A stretch of DNA of 32,000 nucleotides from Escherichia coli (GCF_019969585.1 NZ_CP081782.1); one strand, 5' to 3'. Shown: positions 1-13,193, counted from the first letter of the stretch. The notes: a model not told the origin generated them from the letters alone. Made by a program: numbers and translations.

Positions 1-295
1 TAATATTGATATAGCTTCGCTGGTAGTTACGCGTGAGCGATGCGGCGACGTCGACGGTTTTGACGCTGAAAATCTGCGGATTAGCGATCACATCGACAGG
101 AAGCGTCAGCCCATCGCGAATAAAAGATCGCTGCGCGTCCGGTGCCAGCAGACCGCCGCAGGGTTTGCTGAAACCTTCAGTACCACACTGGTGCTTTTTA
201 TCCAGCGCGATCACCTGCATTTTGCCTGCTAACTTTCGTGCCAACGCCGATCCTGCCGGGCCGAGGCCAATAATCGCCACGTCGAAATGTTCCAT
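1..295 (-). CDS. cbrA: FAD-dependent oxidoreductase CbrA (YidS), N-terminal 98 codons only; gene runs off the window start
   Basis: Minus-strand ATG at 293-295. Translation [38 protein letters not shown]... is a Rossmann GxGxxG dinucleotide-binding N-terminus. I translated codons 1-38 by hand with no stop; the remaining frame to position 1 was not checked. Synteny with yidR/yidQ/ibpA. Confidence 0.85.
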
Positions 296-341
296 CTTTT
301 CACTCACATTCATCACGATGGCAAAAGACTATTGTCTGAAA

Positions 342-357
342 GTGAAGTCCTTGTGAA
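342..357 (-). promoter_or_regulatory. CreB-binding cre-tag (TTCAC-N6-TTCAC) upstream of cbrA
   Basis: Reverse complement of 342-357 reads TTCACAAGGACTTCAC, an exact match to the published cre-tag direct repeat. It lies 47-62 bp upstream of the cbrA ATG. Confidence 0.7.
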
Positions 358-362
358 GTATG

Positions 363-1610
363 ATGGCGGGAACCGTTTTGTATCAGGACCACGCCATGAA
401 ACAGATAACCTTTGCTCCCCGTAATCACCTGCTCACCAATACCAATACCTGGACGCCCGACAGCCAGTGGCTGGTATTTGACGTGCGTCCTTCTGGGGCG
501 TCGTTTACCGGCGAGACCATTGAGCGTGTGAATATCCATACCGGCGAGGTCGAGGTTATCTATCGCGCGTCACAGGGCGCACATGTCGGCGTGGTGACCG
601 TTCATCCGAAGTCAGATAAATATGTCTTTATTCACGGCCCTGAAAATCCTGATGAAACATGGCATTACGATTTCCATCATCGACGCGGAGTCATTGCTAA
701 AGGCGGCAAGGTGAGCAATCTCGATGCAATGGATATTACTGCACCGTACACCCCAGGAGCGCTGCGCGGCGGCAGCCATGTACATGTCTTTAGCCCGGAC
801 GGTGAAAGGGTGAGCTTTACCTATAACGACCATGTAATGCATCAGCTCGATTCGGCACTGGATTTGCGAAACGTCGGTGTTGCCGCACCGTTTGGTCCGG
901 TGAATGTACAAAAGCAGCATCCGCGTGAATACAGCGGGAGCCACTGGTGTGTGCTGGTGAGCAAAACCACGCCCACGCCGCAGCCGGGCAGCGATGAAAT
1001 CAATCGTGCTTATGAAGAAGGATGGGTAGGAAATCACGCGCTGGCGTTTATTGGCGACACACTTTCGCCAAAGGGCGAGAAAGTGCCGGAGCTGTTTATC
1101 GTTGAGTTACCGCAAGATGAAGCTGGCTGGAAAGCAGCAGGTGATGCGCCGTTAAGTGGAACGGAAACAACCCTGCCCGCGCCACCGCGTGGCGTCGTGC
1201 AGCGACGTTTAACCTTTACCCACCATCGGGCTTATCCGGGGTTAGTCAACGTCCCGCGCCACTGGGTGCGCTGTAATCCGCAGGGTACACAAATCGCGTT
1301 TTTAATGCGAGATGATAACGGCATTGTGCAACTGTGGCTTATCTCGCCACAGGGCGGCGAGCCGCGCCAGTTAACCCATAACAAAACGGATATTCAGTCT
1401 GCATTTAACTGGCATCCATCAGGAGAATGGTTGGGCTTTGTGCTGGATAATCGAATTGCTTGTGCCCATGCGCAAAGCGGCGAGGTTGAGTATTTAACCG
1501 AAAACCACGCCAATCCACCTTCTGCGGACGCCGTGGTCTTCTCGCCGGATGGTCAATGGCTGACGTGGATGGAAGGCGGCCAGCTGTGGATCACCGAAAC
1601 TGATCGCTAA
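363..1610 (+). CDS. yidR: Conserved protein YidR, TolB/WD40-like beta-propeller repeats, function unknown
   Basis: 416-codon ORF from 360. Repeated blade-like motifs are visible (VFSPDGERVSF, CNPQGTQIAFL, NWHPSGEWLGF, VFSPDGQWLTW). Start is uncertain: ATG 360/363 have no SD, whereas ATG 396 is preceded by AGGA. 363 gives the 415 aa I recall for K-12. Confidence 0.85.
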   Translation: MAGTVLYQDHAMKQITFAPRNHLLTNTNTWTPDSQWLVFDVRPSGASFTGETIERVNIHTGEVEVIYRASQGAHVGVVTVHPKSDKYVFIHGPENPDETWHYDFHHRRGVIAKGGKVSNLDAMDITAPYTPGALRGGSHVHVFSPDGERVSFTYNDHVMHQLDSALDLRNVGVAAPFGPVNVQKQHPREYSGSHWCVLVSKTTPTPQPGSDEINRAYEEGWVGNHALAFIGDTLSPKGEKVPELFIVELPQDEAGWKAAGDAPLSGTETTLPAPPRGVVQRRLTFTHHRAYPGLVNVPRHWVRCNPQGTQIAFLMRDDNGIVQLWLISPQGGEPRQLTHNKTDIQSAFNWHPSGEWLGFVLDNRIACAHAQSGEVEYLTENHANPPSADAVVFSPDGQWLTWMEGGQLWITETDR

Positions 1611-1611
1611 A

Positions 1612-1944
1612 TCAGTTATCAGGCATTCTGGCCGGTGGAATAACCGCATTGGTGGCTTGCGCGTTGGCTTCGCTTTTTTCAACGCGTGAGCGCACCGAGC
1701 TGTCTTTGCGGAACACATCCCACGGTAATAAAAGCGTGTCCATCACAGCGGTAAACGGCATATCGAGAATCGCCAGCGACTTAGTGCCCCAGTTGGTTTC
1801 ATCATCGCCAATCATGGTGGCGCTGGCGCGGGTGCCGGGATACGTTCCTTCTTTCCCTCCGGTATGGGACATCACGCTGGAGCATCCTCCGAGTAATGCC
1901 ATTCCACTGCATATCATGAACGCTAACAACACATTTCTTATCAT
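1612..1944 (-). CDS. yidQ: Small lipoprotein YidQ (110 aa)
   Basis: Internal Met 35 of the 144-aa track ORF gives MIRNVLLAFMICSGMALLGGCSS..., a signal peptide plus lipobox Cys. Convergent with yidR, with stops 1 bp apart. Confidence 0.85.
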   Translation of the reverse strand: MIRNVLLAFMICSGMALLGGCSSVMSHTGGKEGTYPGTRASATMIGDDETNWGTKSLAILDMPFTAVMDTLLLPWDVFRKDSSVRSRVEKSEANAQATNAVIPPARMPDN

Positions 1945-2118
1945 AATAAATTCATCTGTTGATCGTGGGTGTTGGCCTGATGAGTTATAGCGATCCCTTG
2001 CTGAAAATAACATCATCATTACGTCGCTCTGTGGCGGCAATCGCACTTTAACGTTTCGTGCTGCCCCCTCAGTCTATGCAATAGACCATAAACTGCAAAA
2101 AAAAGTCCGCTGATAAGG

Positions 2119-2148
2119 CTTGAAAAGTTCATTTTCAGACCCATTTTT
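2119..2148 (+). promoter_or_regulatory. sigma32 heat-shock promoter of ibpAB
   Basis: CTTGAAA (2119-2125), 14-nt spacer, then CCCATTTTT (2140-2148). This matches the sigma32 consensus CTTGAAA-N13-15-CCCCATNT and sits about 100 bp upstream of ibpA. Confidence 0.85.
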
Positions 2149-2223
2149 ACATCGTAGCCGATGAGGACGCGCCTGATGGGTGTTCTGGCTACCTGACCTG
2201 TCCATTGTGGAAGGTCTTACATT

Positions 2224-2252
2224 CTCGCTGATTTCAGGAGCTATTGATTATG
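2224..2252 (+). promoter_or_regulatory. ROSE-like RNA thermometer hairpin masking the ibpA SD
   Basis: CUCGCU (2224-2229) can pair with AGGAG (2236-2240), leaving a bulged G. This is the U(U/C)GCU anti-SD signature of ROSE elements. ATG at 2250. Confidence 0.7.
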
Positions 2253-2663
2253 CGTAACTTTGATTTATCCCCGCTTTACCGTTCTGCTATTGGATTTGAC
2301 CGTTTGTTTAACCACTTAGAAAACAACCAGAGCCAGAGTAATGGCGGCTACCCTCCGTATAACGTTGAACTGGTAGACGAAAACCATTACCGCATTGCTA
2401 TCGCTGTGGCTGGTTTTGCTGAGAGCGAACTGGAAATTACCGCCCAGGATAATCTGCTGGTGGTGAAAGGTGCTCACGCCGACGAACAAAAAGAGCGCAC
2501 CTATCTGTACCAGGGCATCGCTGAACGCAACTTTGAACGCAAATTCCAGTTAGCTGAGAACATTCATGTTCGTGGCGCTAACCTGGTAAATGGTTTGCTG
2601 TATATCGATCTCGAACGCGTGATTCCGGAAGCGAAAAAACCGCGCCGTATCGAAATCAACTAA
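2250..2663 (+). CDS. ibpA: Small heat-shock protein IbpA (137 aa, alpha-crystallin/Hsp20)
   Basis: [21 protein letters not shown]...RRIEIN. Start trimmed to the SD-preceded ATG at 2250. Confidence 0.97.
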
Positions 2664-2670
2664 TTCCCTA

Positions 2671-2689
2671 AGGCCGCCTGGCGCGGCCT
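2671..2689 (+). other. GC-rich hairpin just after the ibpA stop (no U tract)
   Basis: AGGCCGC-CTGGC-GCGGCCT, a 7-bp stem with a 5-nt loop, 8 nt after the TAA. It is followed by GACAUCUCC, so it is not a canonical terminator. Possible partial terminator or processing/stability element. Confidence 0.4.
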
Positions 2690-2748
2690 GACATCTCCAT
2701 GCTCGCCGTCAGGGAGCATATGCGAATCTTCGGATTTGCAGGTACTTA

Positions 2749-2777
2749 CTCGCTTCTTAGAAGGAGAAATGACTATG
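2749..2777 (+). promoter_or_regulatory. ROSE-like RNA thermometer hairpin masking the ibpB SD
   Basis: CUCGCUU (2749-2755) pairs with AAGGAG (2761-2766) with a bulged G, the same architecture as upstream of ibpA. ATG at 2775. Confidence 0.65.
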
Positions 2778-3203
2778 CGTAACTTCGATTTATCCCCACT
2801 GATGCGTCAATGGATCGGTTTTGACAAACTGGCCAACGCACTGCAAAACGCCGGTGAAAGTCAGAGCTTCCCGCCGTACAACATTGAGAAAAGCGACGAT
2901 AACCACTACCGCATTACCCTTGCGCTGGCAGGTTTCCGTCAGGAAGATTTAGAGATTCAACTGGAAGGTACGCGCCTGAGCGTAAAAGGCACGCCGGAGC
3001 AGCCAAAAGAAGAGAAAAAATGGCTGCATCAAGGGCTTATGAATCAGCCATTTAGCCTGAGCTTTACGCTGGCTGAAAATATGGAAGTCTCTGGCGCAAC
3101 CTTCGTAAACGGTTTACTGCATATTGATTTAATTCGTAATGAGCCTGAACCCATCGCAGCGCAGCGTATCGCTATCAGCGAACGTCCCGCGTTAAATAGC
3201 TAA
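2775..3203 (+). CDS. ibpB: Small heat-shock protein IbpB (142 aa)
   Basis: [23 protein letters not shown]...ERPALNS, a paralogue of IbpA. SD AAGGAG lies 8 nt upstream. Confidence 0.97.
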
Positions 3204-3218
3204 CTAGCTATTCTCTTT

Positions 3219-3247
3219 GCCCCGCCATTCTGGTGGGGCTTTTTTTG
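3219..3247 (+). terminator. Rho-independent terminator of ibpAB
   Basis: GCCCCGCCA-TTC-TGGTGGGGC stem-loop followed by TTTTTTTG. Confidence 0.85.
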
Positions 3248-3398
3248 TCTTTCTTCTTCAACAATGCGTTAAATTTCGACTGTTTAAGATATTTCGGCAC
3301 GTTCTTTCCCGTGATAATGTGCGCTATAAGGCAAATCTGCTTCACCGATTCAGCCATAATCCGTAGCAATTAAAATGTTATCTCAAGAGAAATGGACG

Positions 3399-5060
3399 AT
3401 GAGTGATATAGCATTAACGGTCAGTATTTTGGCTTTGGTGGCAGTCGTCGGTTTGTTTATCGGCAACGTCAAATTTCGCGGCATAGGATTAGGTATTGGC
3501 GGCGTGCTGTTTGGTGGGATCATCGTCGGCCATTTTGTTTCTCAGGCGGGGATGACATTAAGTAGCGATATGCTGCATGTTATTCAGGAATTTGGCCTGA
3601 TTCTGTTCGTTTATACTATCGGGATTCAGGTAGGGCCGGGCTTCTTTGCCTCATTGCGCGTCTCCGGATTACGCCTCAACCTGTTTGCTGTTCTGATCGT
3701 CATCATCGGTGGTCTGGTTACCGCCATCCTGCATAAACTGTTTGATATTCCACTGCCGGTAGTGCTGGGGATTTTCTCCGGTGCGGTAACCAATACGCCA
3801 GCGCTGGGGGCAGGGCAGCAGATCTTGCGCGACTTGGGTACACCAATGGAAATGGTCGATCAGATGGGGATGAGTTACGCGATGGCGTATCCATTCGGCA
3901 TTTGCGGGATATTGTTCACCATGTGGATGTTGCGGGTTATTTTCCGCGTCAATGTCGAGACAGAAGCCCAGCAGCACGAGTCTTCACGCACCAATGGCGG
4001 CGCGCTGATCAAGACTATCAATATTCGCGTTGAGAACCCTAACCTGCATGATTTAGCCATTAAAGATGTACCGATTCTCAACGGCGACAAAATTATCTGC
4101 TCGCGTCTGAAACGAGAAGAAACCCTAAAAGTACCTTCGCCAGATACCATTATCCAACTGGGCGATTTGCTGCATCTGGTGGGGCAGCCAGCGGATTTAC
4201 ATAATGCGCAACTGGTGATTGGTCAGGAGGTCGATACCTCGCTGTCCACGAAAGGCACTGATTTGCGCGTCGAGCGTGTGGTGGTCACCAATGAAAACGT
4301 GCTTGGTAAGCGTATTCGCGACCTGCATTTTAAAGAACGCTATGACGTTGTTATCTCGCGCCTGAACCGTGCCGGGGTCGAACTGGTCGCCAGTGGCGAT
4401 ATCAGCCTGCAGTTCGGCGATATCCTCAATCTGGTGGGGCGTCCGTCCGCAATTGATGCCGTTGCCAATGTGCTGGGGAATGCGCAGCAAAAACTGCAAC
4501 AGGTTCAGATGCTGCCAGTGTTTATTGGCATCGGGCTAGGCGTATTGTTAGGTTCTATTCCCGTCTTTGTGCCAGGATTCCCGGCCGCGTTGAAACTGGG
4601 GCTGGCGGGCGGACCGCTGATTATGGCGTTGATCCTCGGGCGTATCGGCAGTATCGGCAAGCTGTACTGGTTTATGCCGCCAAGCGCCAACCTCGCGCTG
4701 CGGGAGCTGGGGATCGTGCTGTTCCTCTCGGTCGTTGGTCTGAAATCTGGTGGGGATTTTGTGAATACCCTGGTCAATGGCGAAGGGCTAAGCTGGATTG
4801 GTTATGGTGCCCTGATCACCGCCGTTCCGCTGATTACTGTTGGCATTCTGGCGCGGATGTTAGCCAAAATGAATTACCTGACCATGTGCGGGATGCTGGC
4901 AGGTTCCATGACCGATCCTCCGGCGCTGGCGTTTGCTAATAATCTTCATCCAACCAGCGGTGCGGCGGCGCTCTCTTACGCCACTGTCTATCCGTTGGTA
5001 ATGTTCCTGCGCATTATCACCCCCCAATTACTGGCGGTGCTCTTCTGGAGTATCGGTTAA
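3399..5060 (+). CDS. yidE: Putative AAE-family transporter YidE (553 aa) with two central RCK_C/TrkA-C domains
   Basis: [23 protein letters not shown]... Two hydrophobic halves flank a soluble duplicated segment (…[30 protein letters not shown]… / …[30 protein letters not shown]…). Confidence 0.93.
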
Positions 5061-5694
5061 CTCTTTTCCGGGTGGAGTCGCCGTAAATGGTACTCCACCT
5101 GGTATTCGCTGGCATTTCTGAACATCACTGAATAATTCAAAAACTCCCCGCTCTCGCTATATGACAACGAGGTGATCCGCAGCAGTGGCGTGTGTTCCGC
5201 TACCTTCATTTGCCGCGCCAGCAGTCTATCGGCGAGCACTGGCGTCAGGCTTTCATAATTACCGCCAATCAAAATCCCGCACTCTTGTTCAATATATTCA
5301 AACTTCGACCCTTCCAGATGTTGCAGCGAAAGATTACGGAACAGTTTTACCGGCATATAGCTGTCTTCCAGCATCAGCGGTTTCCCTTCCACAAAACGAA
5401 CGCGACGGGAGAAGTAGATCTGCTCGTTGATTTGAATCCGTAACTGGCTGGCAATGGCCGGAGGCGCAGGCATGATTTCAAAAATCAGCACCTGGCTGGT
5501 GACCGTTTTTCCCTGCCGTGGCGGCGGACCACCAATCCCCACGCTACCAGCAGGTCAATGGCTTTACGGATGGTCATCCGCGATACCGCAAATTCTTCCG
5601 CCAACTTTTTTTCACCGGGAAGAAGGCTATTTAGCGTGAAATCTGCGGAATTAAGTCGAATTCTTAACCGCTCCGCAATGCTTTTGTAGATCAT
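5057..5694 (-). pseudogene. yidP: GntR/HutC-family regulator YidP, disrupted by an out-of-frame internal deletion
   Basis: ATG at 5694 opens a wHTH (MIYKSIAERL…SRMTIRKAIDLLVAWGLVVRRHG) that stops at 5485-5487 after REKRSPARC. The UTRA-type effector domain (RQGKTVTSQVLIFEIM…LRRLHPEKS) continues in another frame from the same nucleotides down to 5057. Confidence 0.8.
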
Positions 5695-5989
5695 CTCTAG
5701 ATCTCTTTTTTGCCTGCAAGCCCGGGTAATGCGCCCACAAGTTCTGCTTAATCGATTGAAAAAACATCTTTTTTTTAAACATGTGTTCGATGCTGTGTAC
5801 CAGTGCTCACAGATGTCTACTTTTTCGCGAAAACGTAGATCTCTACCGCCCAACGAAAAGCATGAAAGCGATCACGAATCCCATTGGGTCGTCATGTTCT
5901 GCCGATCGCATCTTCCTATCCTCGCTCCAGGCCTGCCGCATAACCAATCAGGCTTCCTACTTACAGAATTGAGAAAAGAGGATGTGGAA

Positions 5990-9818
<3,829 letters not shown>

Positions 9819-9984
9819 TTTAATATCCCTCCGGCGAATTATGCTCACAACCTGAACTTAACAGAAAACAATCCGTTCAGGGATACGACGTTTGTATTTT
9901 AAGAATCTGACTGCCTGACCCGACGCATTTTACCTCTCCCTATATTCATGCGTCCGGGACATAAACATAAATAAGGGCTATGAG

Positions 9985-11700
9985 ATGAATTCGTTACAAA
10001 TCTTGAGTTTTGTCGGTTTTACGCTGCTGGTGGCGGTGATCACCTGGTGGAAGGTCCGCAAAACAGATACCGGATCGCAACAAGGCTATTTTCTTGCCGG
10101 ACGTTCACTAAAAGCGCCGGTTATTGCCGCTTCGTTAATGCTAACCAACCTTTCCACGGAACAACTGGTCGGCCTTTCCGGGCAGGCCTACAAAAGCGGC
10201 ATGTCGGTGATGGGCTGGGAAGTGACTTCAGCGGTGACGCTGATCTTCCTCGCGCTAATCTTTTTACCGCGCTATCTGAAGCGCGGCATTGCCACCATCC
10301 CCGATTTTCTGGAGGAACGTTATGATAAAACGACGCGTATTATCATCGACTTCTGCTTCCTCATTGCCACCGGCGTCTGCTTTCTGCCGATTGTTCTCTA
10401 CTCCGGCGCGTTGGCGCTCAACAGCCTGTTTCACGTCGGGGAATCGCTACAGATTTCTCACGGTGCGGCTATCTGGCTACTGGTAATTTTGCTTGGTCTG
10501 GCGGGAATTTTGTATGCGGTGATCGGCGGACTGCGCGCAATGGCAGTGGCGGACTCCATCAACGGTATTGGGCTGGTTATCGGCGGGTTGATGGTGCCGG
10601 TATTTGGCCTGATCGCGATGGGCAAGGGCAGCTTTATGCAGGGCATTGAGCAACTCACCACCGTTCACGCCGAGAAATTAAACTCAATCGGTGGCCCGAC
10701 CGATCCCTTGCCGATTGGCGCGGCATTTACCGGTTTGATTCTGGTGAACACCTTTTACTGGTGTACAAATCAGGGCATCGTGCAACGCACGCTGGCGTCA
10801 AAAAGCCTGGCGGAAGGGCAAAAGGGGGCGCTGTTAACGGCGGTGCTGAAAATGCTCGACCCGCTGGTACTGGTGCTGCCAGGGTTGATTGCGTTTCATC
10901 TGTATCAGGATTTACCGAAAGCCGACATGGCCTACCCGACGCTGGTCAATAACGTTCTGCCAGTGCCAATGGTGGGTTTCTTCGGCGCGGTGTTATTTGG
11001 TGCGGTGATCAGTACCTTCAACGGCTTTCTGAATAGCGCCAGTACGTTATTCAGTATGGGTATTTACCGTCGCATCATTAACCAGAATGCCGAGCCGCAG
11101 CAGCTGGTCACCGTCGGGCGCAAATTTGGTTTCTTTATCGCTATCGTTTCGGTGCTGGTCGCGCCGTGGATCGCCAACGCGCCGCAGGGGCTGTATAGCT
11201 GGATGAAACAGCTCAACGGCATTTACAACGTGCCGCTGGTTACCATCATCATTATGGGCTTTTTCTTCCCGCGCATCCCGGCGCTGGCGGCAAAAGTGGC
11301 GATGGGGATTGGCATAATCAGCTACATCACCATCAACTATCTGGTGAAGTTCGACTTCCATTTCCTCTATGTGCTGGCCTGTACGTTCTGCATCAACGTG
11401 GTCGTGATGCTGGTGATCGGTTTTATCAAACCGCGCGCCACGCCGTTCACCTTCAAAGATGCGTTTGCGGTGGACATGAAACCGTGGAGAAACGTCAAGA
11501 TCGCGTCAATTGGCATCCTGTTCGCGATGATTGGCGTCTATGCCGGGCTGGCTGAATTCGGCGGCTACGGTACGCGCTGGTTAGCGATGATCAGTTATTT
11601 CATTGCCGCCGTAGTGATTGTCTACCTGATTTTTGACAGCTGGCGGCATCGTCACGACCCAGCCGTAACCTTTACTCCCGACGCGAAGGATAGCCTATGA
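9985..11700 (+). CDS. yidK: Sodium:solute symporter family (SGLT-like) transporter YidK (571 aa)
   Basis: Polytopic membrane protein (MNSLQILSFVGFTLLVAVITWW…) with the SSS-type YFLAGRSL motif near the N-terminus. Confidence 0.93.
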   Translation: MNSLQILSFVGFTLLVAVITWWKVRKTDTGSQQGYFLAGRSLKAPVIAASLMLTNLSTEQLVGLSGQAYKSGMSVMGWEVTSAVTLIFLALIFLPRYLKRGIATIPDFLEERYDKTTRIIIDFCFLIATGVCFLPIVLYSGALALNSLFHVGESLQISHGAAIWLLVILLGLAGILYAVIGGLRAMAVADSINGIGLVIGGLMVPVFGLIAMGKGSFMQGIEQLTTVHAEKLNSIGGPTDPLPIGAAFTGLILVNTFYWCTNQGIVQRTLASKSLAEGQKGALLTAVLKMLDPLVLVLPGLIAFHLYQDLPKADMAYPTLVNNVLPVPMVGFFGAVLFGAVISTFNGFLNSASTLFSMGIYRRIINQNAEPQQLVTVGRKFGFFIAIVSVLVAPWIANAPQGLYSWMKQLNGIYNVPLVTIIIMGFFFPRIPALAAKVAMGIGIISYITINYLVKFDFHFLYVLACTFCINVVVMLVIGFIKPRATPFTFKDAFAVDMKPWRNVKIASIGILFAMIGVYAGLAEFGGYGTRWLAMISYFIAAVVIVYLIFDSWRHRHDPAVTFTPDAKDSL

Positions 11701-13190
11701 AACGCCCCAATTTTCTGTTCATCATGACCGATACCCAGGCCACCAATATGGTCGGTTGCTATAGCGGTAAACCGCTGAATACGCAAAATATTGATAGTCT
11801 GGCGGCGGAAGGTATTCGCTTTAATTCCGCCTACACCTGTTCACCGGTTTGTACGCCTGCACGCGCCGGACTATTTACCGGTATCTACGCTAACCAGTCC
11901 GGCCCGTGGACCAACAACGTCGCGCCAGGCAAAAACATCTCCACTATGGGGCGCTACTTTAAGGATGCCGGCTATCACACCTGTTACATCGGCAAATGGC
12001 ATCTCGACGGTCATGACTATTTCGGCACTGGCGAGTGTCCGCCGGAGTGGGACGCTGATTACTGGTTCGATGGGGCGAACTACCTTAGCGAACTGACGGA
12101 AAAAGAGATCAGCCTGTGGCGCAATGGCCTAAACAGCGTTGAGGATTTACAGGCGAACCATATCGACGGAACCTTCACCTGGGCGCACCGCATCAGCAAT
12201 CGGGCGGTAGATTTTCTGCAACAGCCCGCGCGCGCCGAGGAACCCTTCCTGATGGTGGTTTCGTATGATGAGCCGCATCACCCGTTCACCTGTCCGGTGG
12301 AGTATTTAGAGAAATACGCTGATTTTTACTACGAGCTGGGCGAGAAAGCACAGGATGACCTGGCTAACAAACCGGAACATCACCGCTTATGGGCGCAGGC
12401 GATGCCATCGCCAGTCGGTGATGGCGGGCTTTATCACCATCCGCTCTATTTTGCCTGCAATGACTTTGTTGATGACCAAATCGGACGGGTCATCAATGCC
12501 TTAACGCCAGAGCAACGTGAAAATACGTGGGTTATTTATACATCCGATCACGGCGAAATGATGGGCGCACATAAGCTGATCAGTAAAGGAGCGGCGATGT
12601 ATGACGACATCACCCGCATTCCGCTGATCATCCTTTCGCCGCAAGGGGAGCGGCGACAGGTCGATACGCCAGTCAGTCATATCGATTTACTGCCGACAAT
12701 GATGGCGCTGGCAGATATTGAAAAACCAGAGATTCTGCCGGGGGAAAATATCCTTGCCGTGAAAGAGCCACGTGGCGTGATGGTGGAATTTAACCGCTAC
12801 GAGATTGAGCATGACAGCTTTGGCGGTTTTATTCCGGTGCGTTGCTGGGTGACGGATGACTTTAAACTGGTACTCAACCTCTTCACCAGTGATGAACTTT
12901 ACGATCGCCGTAATGACCCAAATGAAATGCATAACCTGATCGATGATATCCGTTTTGCAGACGTTCGCAGCAAAATGCATGACGCCTTATTGGATTACAT
13001 GGACAAAATTCGCGATCCGTTCCGCAGTTACCAATGGAGTCTGCGTCCGTGGCGTAAAGATGCACGGCCGCGCTGGATGGGGGCGTTTCGTCCACGCCCA
13101 CAAGATGGCTATTCGCCAGTGGTACGCGACTATGACACCGGCCTACCGACGCAAGGAGTGAAGGTGGAGGAGAAAAAACAGAAATTCTGA
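11697..13190 (+). CDS. yidJ: Cys-type sulfatase YidJ (497 aa), no signal peptide
   Basis: MKRPNFLFIMTDTQ… The sulfatase signature C-T-P-A-R-A-G-L-F-T-G occupies residues 52-62 (nt 11850-11882). SDHGEMMG motif is present. ATGA overlap with the yidK stop. Confidence 0.95.
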   Translation: MKRPNFLFIMTDTQATNMVGCYSGKPLNTQNIDSLAAEGIRFNSAYTCSPVCTPARAGLFTGIYANQSGPWTNNVAPGKNISTMGRYFKDAGYHTCYIGKWHLDGHDYFGTGECPPEWDADYWFDGANYLSELTEKEISLWRNGLNSVEDLQANHIDGTFTWAHRISNRAVDFLQQPARAEEPFLMVVSYDEPHHPFTCPVEYLEKYADFYYELGEKAQDDLANKPEHHRLWAQAMPSPVGDGGLYHHPLYFACNDFVDDQIGRVINALTPEQRENTWVIYTSDHGEMMGAHKLISKGAAMYDDITRIPLIILSPQGERRQVDTPVSHIDLLPTMMALADIEKPEILPGENILAVKEPRGVMVEFNRYEIEHDSFGGFIPVRCWVTDDFKLVLNLFTSDELYDRRNDPNEMHNLIDDIRFADVRSKMHDALLDYMDKIRDPFRSYQWSLRPWRKDARPRWMGAFRPRPQDGYSPVVRDYDTGLPTQGVKVEEKKQKF

Positions 13191-13193
13191 CGA

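Noticed and set aside
2678-2694. Possible sigma54 promoter for ibpB (reported in the literature) around CTGGCGCGGCCTGACA
   Set aside because: It has a TGGC -24-like element, but no TTGC(A/T) -12 element at the required spacing. I could not support a sigma54 call from the sequence.
5794-5811. CRP-like TGTGT-ACCAGTGC-TCACA upstream of glvC
   Set aside because: The half-sites are good but the spacer is 8 nt rather than the canonical 6, so I do not call it a CRP site. It may merit PWM scoring only.
5729-5989. 87-codon N-terminal extension of the glvC ORF in the track (625 aa)
   Set aside because: The extension (MRPQVLLNRLKKHLFF…) is basic and low-complexity, has no PTS similarity, and covers the divergent yidP/glv promoter region. 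A good SD (AAGAGGA) precedes the ATG at 5990, which starts the conserved MLSQIQRFGG EIIC N-terminus.
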